Below are positions 36,129 through 43,693 of a stretch of DNA of 64,000 bases, piece after piece. This stretch comes from a virus. Lineage: Duplodnaviria > Heunggongvirae > Uroviricota > Caudoviricetes. The stretch's first letter is position 1; the number at the start of each line of letters is the position of its first letter. A program made the position numbers and the translations under genes. Location of the stretch: IMG/VR virus record IMGVR_UViG_3300028840_008157. One strand, 5' to 3'. The notes beneath the pieces are model-generated. The model had not been told where the DNA came from. It did not search any database and saw nothing but the letters and a program-made list of their open reading frames with translations.

Positions 36129-36371
36129 TCATTTATGAAGGCATCCATTGCTGGTGTCAATCATGTAGTCCGGGTCGATAGTCGTGTGGTTATGGCCATC
36201 GGTAAGCCTTCCCCTGTACTGCCCGCATCGGGAGCATTTCTCGATGGTGGCGCGTAGCACGAGGCCCTTCCTAACGTCTCCCGTCAGGCTGCTTATGGCG
36301 TTGCCCTTGCACAGAGATGACGAGGTAACCTCCCAGAGGTGGGCTCCGAAAAGGCATCTGAGTGGCTTCAT
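36129..36371 (-). CDS. DUF1660-like small Zn protein
   Basis: LRCLFGAHLW...CSRCG. Confidence 0.6.
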   Translation of the reverse strand: MKPLRCLFGAHLWEVTSSSLCKGNAISSLTGDVRKGLVLRATIEKCSRCGQYRGRLTDGHNHTTIDPDYMIDTSNGCLHK

Positions 36372-36384
36372 CCCATCGCCCCTT

Positions 36385-36870
36385 TTAGGTCCCGTAAACT
36401 TCGAGTCTACGGAGGAACATCCTCGCCGACATGATGGGGAACGCGTTCATGTCCCCATGCAGCAGAAGGCTGGCGATTGCTGATCCTCTCTTGGCAGCCG
36501 CGTGGCAAATCTGGGCTTTGATGACGGGATGGGCGGCGTGAATTCGTTCCGGGTCGCTGGTGCAGATCACCCATCCCAACAGCAACCTCCTTGGATCGTG
36601 GGCCACCATGACGAAGGCTTCCTCGTCCTTGGCGAGGATTTCCCTCAGGACTTTCTTGATCCCCTCGACGAACTCATCGAACTCCTCCATGATGTCCTCT
36701 GGGACTGATCCGCGCCTGGAAATCTCCCGAACCTGACCGGATACCCAAGGTTCTGGCTTGGGAACCGGTCGCCTTGGCTGTGTCCCCCGTTTCTGGCTCG
36801 TCTCTTCTCCGGGTAGCGTTCCGGCGGCCATGGCGGCCGCGCCCCCGGCGATGAAGGTTCTACGATCCAT
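36385..36870 (-). CDS. protein with twin-arginine (Tat)-like signal
   Basis: MDRRTFIAGGAAAMAAG; GAGG SD. Confidence 0.65.
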   Translation of the reverse strand: MDRRTFIAGGAAAMAAGTLPGEETSQKRGTQPRRPVPKPEPWVSGQVREISRRGSVPEDIMEEFDEFVEGIKKVLREILAKDEEAFVMVAHDPRRLLLGWVICTSDPERIHAAHPVIKAQICHAAAKRGSAIASLLLHGDMNAFPIMSARMFLRRLEVYGT

Positions 36871-36871
36871 T

Positions 36872-37720
36872 TTACCTCTCTCCTTTCCCCGCTGGGTTAT
36901 CCATCCCGAGCGCCTGCCAGAACTCGTCGGCCGAGCTCTCGCGCCCGTTCATGTATTCCTCCATCTGCGTCTTCGTCTTGACCGGGACGTCGTCCATGTC
37001 GGGGACGCTCTCCATCAGGACGCCCTCGCAGGGTTCCATGACGAAGTCCATGTGTAGCAGCTCGGACATCGGCCTCAGCTTCTCGACCGACCCGTAATGA
37101 CAGGTGGCCGACCACGAGCATTCCATGGGGTTCGTCAGCTTGTTCCCGCATGGCATCTTCTCCACGTCGTACCTCGTCATCCATCCAACGGCCCATGACC
37201 GGCAGAGCTCGGAGTTGTAGACGAAGAAGACGAACCTGTCGGCGGACCCGGCGTCGGATTGCTTGACGATGACGCGGCGCGGGTTGAACTCGCCAAGCGT
37301 CCTTGTGATGACCATCACGTTCCCGAACTTGCGCCTGCCGCCCGATGGGCTGGCGTCCGGGGCGACGCGGTACAGCATCGACAGGCAGAGGTCGGCGGAG
37401 ATGGCCTTCATCTCGGTCTGGACGGACGTGTTCCTGAGCGTCGCCCTCGAGTGGGCGACCGATTCCATGAGCGTCCGGTCCATGGCGCGCCGGATGGCCG
37501 GAGGGGATGGTTCCGGGCCCTCCTTCGAGACGAGGCCACGCATGTAGCTGCGATGCTCCTCCGGCCATGACTTCTTGATGTCATCGATCTGGGACTGGAA
37601 GACCGAGTCGGCCTTGTACTTGAACGTCCCCTTCCGCAGGGAAGCCTCGAGGTTCTTCATGGCCTCCTCGGCCTGGTCCGCGTCCATGATGTGGGTTCCC
37701 TGCTTGTAGAAGTAGATCAT
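36872..37720 (-). CDS. hypothetical protein
   Basis: 282-aa ORF; GGAGG SD. Confidence 0.75.
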   Translation of the reverse strand: MIYFYKQGTHIMDADQAEEAMKNLEASLRKGTFKYKADSVFQSQIDDIKKSWPEEHRSYMRGLVSKEGPEPSPPAIRRAMDRTLMESVAHSRATLRNTSVQTEMKAISADLCLSMLYRVAPDASPSGGRRKFGNVMVITRTLGEFNPRRVIVKQSDAGSADRFVFFVYNSELCRSWAVGWMTRYDVEKMPCGNKLTNPMECSWSATCHYGSVEKLRPMSELLHMDFVMEPCEGVLMESVPDMDDVPVKTKTQMEEYMNGRESSADEFWQALGMDNPAGKGER

Positions 37721-37920
37721 GTCGATCCTCCGCGAATGTTTGACTGATCTGAGACGTATGCCCCGATTCTATGGCCCGGAAAGCGCCCGTCGAAGTACGC
37801 GTCGATGACGGGCTCGAAACGACTGGGCGGGGATTCCTTTCCTCGAGTCTGCCAGTAGTGGACATCCTGCCACAGGGGTGTCTTCTCTATGATGAGTTGC
37901 TGGAAACGGATGGGCCGCAT
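37717..37920 (-). CDS. hypothetical protein
   Basis: ATGA-coupled to the next gene. Confidence 0.5.
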   Translation of the reverse strand: MRPIRFQQLIIEKTPLWQDVHYWQTRGKESPPSRFEPVIDAYFDGRFPGHRIGAYVSDQSNIRGGST

Positions 37921-37925
37921 TACGG

Positions 37926-38330
37926 TTACTTCCCCTGAGTCCCGCTACATGATACGGGCTTCATCGGCAAGTCAAGCGATTTCCCGGAAAGCGCCAGCGG
38001 AAGCTTGCGAAGCCGTCCCATCATTTCCTTCACTGGAAGGAAGGCAACCGCCGTCATCTCGTCGCCGATGTCGGGCTCGATGAACGTCGCGTACGGCGAC
38101 TCCGGGATCGTCTCCGACGTCCACCCGGAACACAGGTCGGCCCACCAGTAGAGATCGTCCTCGCCCTTTACCTCGAGGAGGACGATGGTCTTGTGGTGCT
38201 CGGCCCATTCGCGAACCTAAGGCTCGTGACCGTTGCGGAGCATGAACTCCGCAACGGCGTGACAAGCCTGCACGGCCCGCTGGGCCGGGGACAGGTCCGA
38301 CCTGACGAGGACGTACAGTTTCTCGTTCAT
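37926..38330 (-). CDS. PTH2-like peptidyl-tRNA hydrolase with in-frame TAG at codon 38 (38217-38219); requires amber read-through
   Basis: Manual translation: MNEKLYVLVRSDLSPAQRAVQACHAVAEFMLRNGHEP*VREWAEHHKTIVLLEVKGEDDL...FIEPDIGDEMTAVA..LRKLPLA; family motifs continue in frame across the TAG. Confidence 0.85.
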
Positions 38331-38674
38331 GAGACCACCGCCATTCCGACGGCCCGGCAAGCCCTCGCGAGGGCGCGAAGTCTACGGAGCGCCCCGTAGG
38401 CGACGCGGCTGGGCCGCTTCGCGTGGTTCCGGAGCAACCCCTCGTCGATCATGGCTTTCACCTGTTCCTTGGTGATCTCCGCGATCTGGTCGGGGTCGTA
38501 GTCGAAGGCCTTCGCGATGGCTTTCTGGGTCAACAACACGGACGCCTTTCGCTTCAACCCGACGTACTCCTTCCACCTGGGGTGGCGGGGGTTGATGAAG
38601 CAGTCCTTCTTGAGCTTGAAGATCGCCATCGAGACGGCCTTCGTCTGCTGGGTGAGGCTGTTCTTGATCGTCAT
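38327..38674 (-). CDS. basic hypothetical protein, coupled to the PTH2-like gene
   Basis: AAGGAG SD; its TGA overlaps the ATG of the PTH2-like gene. Confidence 0.75.
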   Translation of the reverse strand: MTIKNSLTQQTKAVSMAIFKLKKDCFINPRHPRWKEYVGLKRKASVLLTQKAIAKAFDYDPDQIAEITKEQVKAMIDEGLLRNHAKRPSRVAYGALRRLRALARACRAVGMAVVS

Positions 38675-38698
38675 CTTGTTTCTCCTTCGGTTCTAATA

Positions 38699-38716
38699 GG
38701 TCCATTTCGATGGACC
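38699..38716 (-). promoter_or_regulatory. hairpin between the leader peptide and the next RBS
   Basis: GGTCCAT-CGAA-ATGGACC. Confidence 0.55.
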
Positions 38717-38747
38717 CCGTTTCAGAAAATGGGGAAAAAGACGACGA

Positions 38748-38780
38748 TCATGGGCCTCGGATCATCTAGGTCATGGTCAT
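38748..38780 (-). CDS. putative leader peptide MTMT(TAG)MIRGP
   Basis: AAGGAGG then ATG ACC ATG ACC TAG ATG ATC CGA GGC CCA TGA. Confidence 0.6.
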
Positions 38781-39094
38781 TCCTCCTTTCTTTCCTTGAT
38801 CATCTCCAACGCGGTCTCCGCGGACACGTTCCAAAAGTCCATCGCGCCGCTGACCTCGTAGATTTTCTTGACGTGGACCTTCCATGGCCAAAACGGCGCT
38901 TCGCCGCCGCTATTGATTCCGGCGAGTATCCTGGCGTCGTCGTCCTTCTCGTCCTCGAGAAAGTCGATCAGCTCGTCGAGTGATTGGAAGTACTGCGAGT
39001 GGCGGGAGACTTTGTGGCGCGTACAACCGCAATTGCAGGATTCAACTTCGTTGTCTCGGTCATATACGAGGAGGTAGCCGGTTACCTATGTCAT
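38777..39094 (-). CDS. 105-aa hypothetical protein with in-frame TAG at codon 3
   Basis: ATG ACA TAG GTA ACC GGC TAC..., then open (VTGYLLVYDRDNEVESCNCGC...MIKERKEE) to a TGA overlapping the leader ATG. Confidence 0.6.
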
Positions 39095-39101
39095 GTTATT
39101 T

Positions 39102-39177
39102 TGGCGCTTCCGATGGGAATCGAACCCATACGGCCGGGTTTAGAACCCGGTGCTCTGCCTAGTTGAGCTACGGAAGC
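39102..39177 (-). tRNA. amber suppressor tRNA (anticodon CUA), tRNA-Trp-like body, encoded CCA
   Basis: GCTTCCG TA GCTC AACTAGGCA GAGC A CCGGG TTCTAAA CCCGG CCGT ATGGG TTCGATT CCCAT CGGAAGC G CCA; fully paired cloverleaf, 76 nt. Confidence 0.95.
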
Positions 39178-39197
39178 ACGTCCTCCTTTCGTTATTC

Positions 39198-39226
39198 ATC
39201 TTATACGCCAAAAATATACTTGTCAA
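39198..39226 (-). promoter_or_regulatory. sigma70-like promoter for the suppressor-tRNA operon
   Basis: TTGACA-17nt-TAAGAT, about 20 nt upstream of the tRNA. Confidence 0.7.
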
Positions 39227-39686
39227 CCTTTTCGTTTGTTCCTTCCACAGAAGGTTTTTGTTTGCGAATCACAATTGGGACACAGAAAACGAAGGTTTAT
39301 AAGACGATGGTCGTTACGTATCCCATTAACGTGATCCAAACGAAGAACGAGCGACTTGCCTTCCCATACTGGTTGCAGGCCACATGTAGCGCATTCGTAT
39401 TTTAATAGTTTATCTCTGAAAATAACCCTTCGAACCGCGTCCGAGGGCCGCAAGGTCGCCGACTTCCCCGTCCCCGCTCCGGCGGACAAGCTCGCCTTCA
39501 AGGGCTGACCTTACGCCTGCCTGGTCCCCCACCCCCCGCACGGCGGAGGGCGACCTGGCGGGCATCCTGACGGTATCGATAATTGCTTCCGACGATGGCC
39601 CTATTAAGCAATCGTAGTGCATGGGCAATGGAAATGCTGTTCTTGATGGCCGAAATGAAAACGTCGTCTTCTTCCCATCGATTCAT
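39223..39686 (-). pseudogene. HNH endonuclease disrupted by a roughly 124-bp foreign segment
   Basis: N-half MNRWEEDD...GSNYRY and C-half KYECATCG...LDHVNGIRNDHRLINLRFLCPNCDSQT are in different frames; AT-rich, with a GC-rich insert. Confidence 0.85.
39440..39563. repeat. about 124-bp dispersed repeat, copy 2
   Basis: Matches 880-1003 with about 3 substitutions and one extra C. Confidence 0.9.
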
Positions 39687-39768
39687 TTTTTATCCTTTCC
39701 TAACCCCCTTTAATCATACGGTTGTAGGTCAAAATCGAAAAGAAAACTCCTCCACGGGTAGGAAATCT

Positions 39769-39820
39769 TTGACAGTTGAGGTATAAGTAATCTTAGCGAC
39801 GTTGACAGTTGACTGTAAAC
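39769..39820 (+). promoter_or_regulatory. putative promoter/operator: TTGACAGTTGA twice, second copy part of an imperfect palindrome
   Basis: ttgacagttga at 39769 and 39802; ttgACAGTtgACTGTaaa; directly upstream of the MerR-HTH gene. Confidence 0.55.
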
Positions 39821-39832
39821 ATGAGGTGGACG

Positions 39833-42800
39833 ATGAACATCAAGGAAATGGCAGAACTGGCGACCACGATCATCGAGGAGAACATCGGACCGATCAACGT
39901 GGACGTCAGAACCATCAGGTATTACGAGACTTACGGGGTCATGGAGAAACCCCCCAAGAAGGGCCGCGAGAACGATTACGGGATCGAAAACCTCAAGCGC
40001 CTGGTGGCCATCAAGGCTCTCCAGTCAAGGGGCATCAGCCTTGGCCAGATCAAGAAAGAGAACGTAGATGTCGATGGCGTCCTGCGGAGCGTCGGGATCG
40101 ACCCGCTCGTCGTGGGTGCCTTCATCGAGAGGGAAATCGAAGAGTCTCGGGAGAAGCCCGAGAGGGAGGATGACATGAGCGTCAAGGGTCAAGCGGAACC
40201 GAAGAAGGAAAAGAAGAAGGAAAAGGAAGGGGGTTCTCCCTTGATCCTTCCGCCGGAGAAGGACGACAACAGCCTTTCCGTCGAGGTCACGAACCAGATG
40301 ACGTTCATGCCGATGAAGGACCGTCTCTTCGTCGGCTCATCGTTCGCGTTCGTCGACGGGCCGGACGACGAGATATCCAAGCTGATCTACGCCAAGCTAC
40401 ACGGGCAGCTCAAGAAATCCAAGAAGATGAAGCGCGCCGTCATACCCGTGTCCGGGGAGGTCGAGCTTTTGGGATGCGTCGTCAAGGGTGGCCGAGGGAA
40501 TAGAAACCAGCTCGGCGTCCTGGTCCCCGACAAGGACTCCTACAGGGAGGGCGACGACGTCGCCCGCGTACTCGTGTTCGAGCCCGAGAGCAAGGGCAAG
40601 TCCGTCCAGCTCGACGTCAAGCTCAACGGCGCGCCTCTCGACGTGATGAACGTCCCCATCGACGACAACGGCTGCGGCATCGCCCGCGTCCCCACGCTGG
40701 TCGCCGGGAAGTACGAGGTTCACGTGAATGGTAGCGGCGACTGCTCCTTCGAGGCCAGTCGTTACGAGCTCGACCCGCTGACCATCTCGGTTACGGCGTC
40801 CCGCAAGACCCCGGAGGGCATCGAGATCGACCTGTCTGCCGAGCGGTTCGGGAAGCCGATGAAGGGGAAGGCCGAGGTCAGGCTCATCGACGACGGAACC
40901 CCGATCTCCGAGCAGGTGGTCGAGTTCAAGGACGGCGTCGTGACGAGCAAGTGGGACGACCTCGGGGAGGGGAACGCCTCCGTCATGCTGACCCCCGCCG
41001 ACGACAAGTCGCTCATCGCGAGCGCGCCGATACTCGGCTCCAGGAGGGAGGAACGCGAGGACACGACCATCTCCCGCATGGGTCGCGTCATGACGGCGTC
41101 ACTGATGGCCTCGAAGGGCGCCCGTAAAGAGCGCGGCATCTACGTCTCGGAGGAATCCGTGACGAACGCGCCGATCTCGCTGGAGTCCGTCTTCTGCGAC
41201 AATGGAAAACTGAACCTCAAGTTTTCCGCCGACGCGTCCAAGGTGACGGTCGCGGTTTCCGACCCGTCCTCCGGTGAGATCGAGATCTACGACGTCGGCG
41301 ACGTCTCGAAGGGATCCAAGAGGTCGATCAAGGTCAACTCCGCGTTCGCCCTCGTCTCCGTCGGCGCGTTCGTCAAGGACAGGCCGTGGGAGGCCAACGC
41401 GACGGTGATCAACCCGTCGAGGGGCGAGTTCAAGCTGTCGATGCCTGGCGAGGGGTTGTTCGAGCCGGGTGACGAGATGGAGATCGACCTCACGTCCAAG
41501 GAGCCTTGCAGCGTGTTCCTCAAGGTCGTTGACACGCGCGTTAGGGCCATGTACGAGCCCGTGGTGGCCATCGCGTCCAAGGCCAAGTCCTGGTTCTCGA
41601 GGGAGATGCTCGGGCTGCTGACGGGAAACGCGTGGAAGCCCGTCATCGTTGACGGCATGTACCGATACATGAGGGGTTTCACGGGACCGACAGGTCCGAC
41701 GGGTTGGACGGGTTCCTCCGGCGCGAGCGGACACGGCTACCCGGGTGGCCGGCGGCGTCTGTCGCAGGCCAGGGTCATAAGCCGTCGAGGCGCGGTGCCC
41801 TACGACGACGCCATGACGAAGGGCGTTGCCGGATCTCAGGGTTCGTCCGGCGACCCGTCCTACCATGTAAGTTACCACGCGACGCCTGACTCGACCTTCC
41901 TCGGGACGGACGACCACAAGGTCTATGCGGCTTCGCTGGCCCCTCCGGCGGCGAACGCGATGGGCTCCGAGGAACTGACCTCCGGCGGGGGGATTTTCCT
42001 GTGTGACTCGATCAACGTCGAGATGCCAGAGGTCGCCGAGATGGAGTCGAGAAAGTCGGACGCGGACGTCGTCTTCTGCGACCTGCTCCGGGTGCCGAAG
42101 TCGGGGCGCAAGGTCAAGATCAAGCTGCCGGACAGGATCGCCTCGTACGACGTCAAGGCGTTCTTCGTCAGCGGCAACGATTGGTCCGAGGCGGAGGAGA
42201 AGGCCGTCGCCATCAAGCATCTCTACATCGAGCCAATGATCCCGGCCGTCGCGGTCCCAACGGACCAATGCCGCGCCGTGGTCGTCAACGGCAAGGACTG
42301 CGAGGCCATCGTCACGGTAAACGGCGAGAAGGTCGAGATCACGCGCTTCAAGACCCCCGACGGGGCTTCGGTCATGCTGACCTGGGCGGCCCTTCCCGGC
42401 GTTCACGAGGTCGCCGCGACCTACAAGGGACACTCCGACAGGGTGTCCAAGATCGTCGAGCCACCGGGCGAGGAGATCGTCCTGTCCCAGGAGACGCACG
42501 TCATGGCCAAGGGCGAGACGTACGAGCTCGAGGAGGACGCCCTGTCCGCGTACGTGATGCCGGGCCTCGAGGAGGAGCTGGAGACGGTCGTCCACGTGAC
42601 GGTCAACTACGAGCATTGCTGCTGCGAGCAGACGGCGGCCAAGATCGTCGCGGCCTGCGTGGCGGCGACGGTCGGCAACGACGGCGACAAGGCCAAGGCG
42701 TACAAGGCCATCGCCAACGGGCGCGCCCGGCTGAGGAGCCTCTACAACGGGGGCGCCTTCAACTACTATCCTGGGCACGGGGTCAACGCGTGGGCCTCCG

Positions 42801-43684
42801 ACCTGGCCGCGAGGCGCGTCGCCCAAGTCGACGTCAAGGATGCCCCGAAGGACGTCGCCGAGGCTCTCGACGACATCCGCAAGATGGGCGTCTCCGTCGT
42901 CGCCAGCGCCTCGTCCAGCTACCAGAGCGACCTGGAGGCCGCCTTCGCGAAGGGCGACTTCTCGTCCGTCTCGACGACCGACGCGATGACGGCGGCCTCG
43001 TCCGTCAAGGGCGGATCATCGATGGCCATCGCCGACGCCGCCTACGCGGCTTCGTGCCTGCTGCGATCCGGAAGGATCGCCCCGGGCATCCAGGTCGCCA
43101 ACGAGGTCGCCAAGGCCGTGGCCCCCGCGAAGGGGGGAGCCATGTACGGGACGAACGACATGCTCGGCTACCTGATGATGGTCATGTCCCTCTCCGATAC
43201 CGGCGTGATCCCCGCCTCGGGCGGCAAGGTCGTGGTCGACGGGGCGAAGAAGGACGTCGTCGACGCGACGAACGACCCGGCGACGAGGATCGAGGCGACG
43301 GACAATCCCGTGGCCATCCGTATCAACCGCGTCAAGAAGCTGCGGCTCGACGAGGAGACGTCGGAAGTACCGATCGAGGTCAAGCTCGTCGGGGCCAAGG
43401 GCAAGAAGGTGAAGGCCGGCCAGATGGCGCGGCTCGTCGTCCGGACGGACGGCTACAAGGCCGGGGACGTCGTGGTAGTCAGGCTTCCACAAGGACTCAG
43501 CCGGGTCGTCGGTGGAGGCAAGCAGAAGAAGTTCCAGGTCGACTTCGAGGGCAAAAACGAGGTTTCCATCGACCTCGTGGCCCATGAGGCGGCTGAGCAG
43601 CAGATGGGCGTAGTTGTCCGGAACATGTATGACTCGTCGAGGATCGGATCGGCGGGCTTGATCGACGTGAAGGTCGTCGCGTGA
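39833..43684 (+). CDS. MerR-type HTH fused to an alpha-2-macroglobulin-like thioester protein
   Basis: VRTIRYYETYG..P..GR...Y....L..L..IK.LQ..G.SL..IK (MerR); KLPDRIASYDVKAF; YEHCCCEQTAA (CxEQ); C-terminal VRLPQGL..RNMYD. Confidence 0.8.
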   Translation: MNIKEMAELATTIIEENIGPINVDVRTIRYYETYGVMEKPPKKGRENDYGIENLKRLVAIKALQSRGISLGQIKKENVDVDGVLRSVGIDPLVVGAFIEREIEESREKPEREDDMSVKGQAEPKKEKKKEKEGGSPLILPPEKDDNSLSVEVTNQMTFMPMKDRLFVGSSFAFVDGPDDEISKLIYAKLHGQLKKSKKMKRAVIPVSGEVELLGCVVKGGRGNRNQLGVLVPDKDSYREGDDVARVLVFEPESKGKSVQLDVKLNGAPLDVMNVPIDDNGCGIARVPTLVAGKYEVHVNGSGDCSFEASRYELDPLTISVTASRKTPEGIEIDLSAERFGKPMKGKAEVRLIDDGTPISEQVVEFKDGVVTSKWDDLGEGNASVMLTPADDKSLIASAPILGSRREEREDTTISRMGRVMTASLMASKGARKERGIYVSEESVTNAPISLESVFCDNGKLNLKFSADASKVTVAVSDPSSGEIEIYDVGDVSKGSKRSIKVNSAFALVSVGAFVKDRPWEANATVINPSRGEFKLSMPGEGLFEPGDEMEIDLTSKEPCSVFLKVVDTRVRAMYEPVVAIASKAKSWFSREMLGLLTGNAWKPVIVDGMYRYMRGFTGPTGPTGWTGSSGASGHGYPGGRRRLSQARVISRRGAVPYDDAMTKGVAGSQGSSGDPSYHVSYHATPDSTFLGTDDHKVYAASLAPPAANAMGSEELTSGGGIFLCDSINVEMPEVAEMESRKSDADVVFCDLLRVPKSGRKVKIKLPDRIASYDVKAFFVSGNDWSEAEEKAVAIKHLYIEPMIPAVAVPTDQCRAVVVNGKDCEAIVTVNGEKVEITRFKTPDGASVMLTWAALPGVHEVAATYKGHSDRVSKIVEPPGEEIVLSQETHVMAKGETYELEEDALSAYVMPGLEEELETVVHVTVNYEHCCCEQTAAKIVAACVAATVGNDGDKAKAYKAIANGRARLRSLYNGGAFNYYPGHGVNAWASDLAARRVAQVDVKDAPKDVAEALDDIRKMGVSVVASASSSYQSDLEAAFAKGDFSSVSTTDAMTAASSVKGGSSMAIADAAYAASCLLRSGRIAPGIQVANEVAKAVAPAKGGAMYGTNDMLGYLMMVMSLSDTGVIPASGGKVVVDGAKKDVVDATNDPATRIEATDNPVAIRINRVKKLRLDEETSEVPIEVKLVGAKGKKVKAGQMARLVVRTDGYKAGDVVVVRLPQGLSRVVGGGKQKKFQVDFEGKNEVSIDLVAHEAAEQQMGVVVRNMYDSSRIGSAGLIDVKVVA

Positions 43685-43693
43685 GGAGTGGCC

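Noticed and set aside
39102-39177. tRNA-Pyl / pyrrolysine system
   Set aside because: The tRNA has canonical D and T loops and a 5-bp anticodon stem, and no pylS/pylBCD genes are in the window.
41099-43587. Long alternative-frame and antisense ORFs (e.g. 41099-42826, 42181-43587, 26525-27976, 2798-4150)
   Set aside because: They are R/G/P-rich shadow ORFs expected from high GC3, overlapping well-supported genes.
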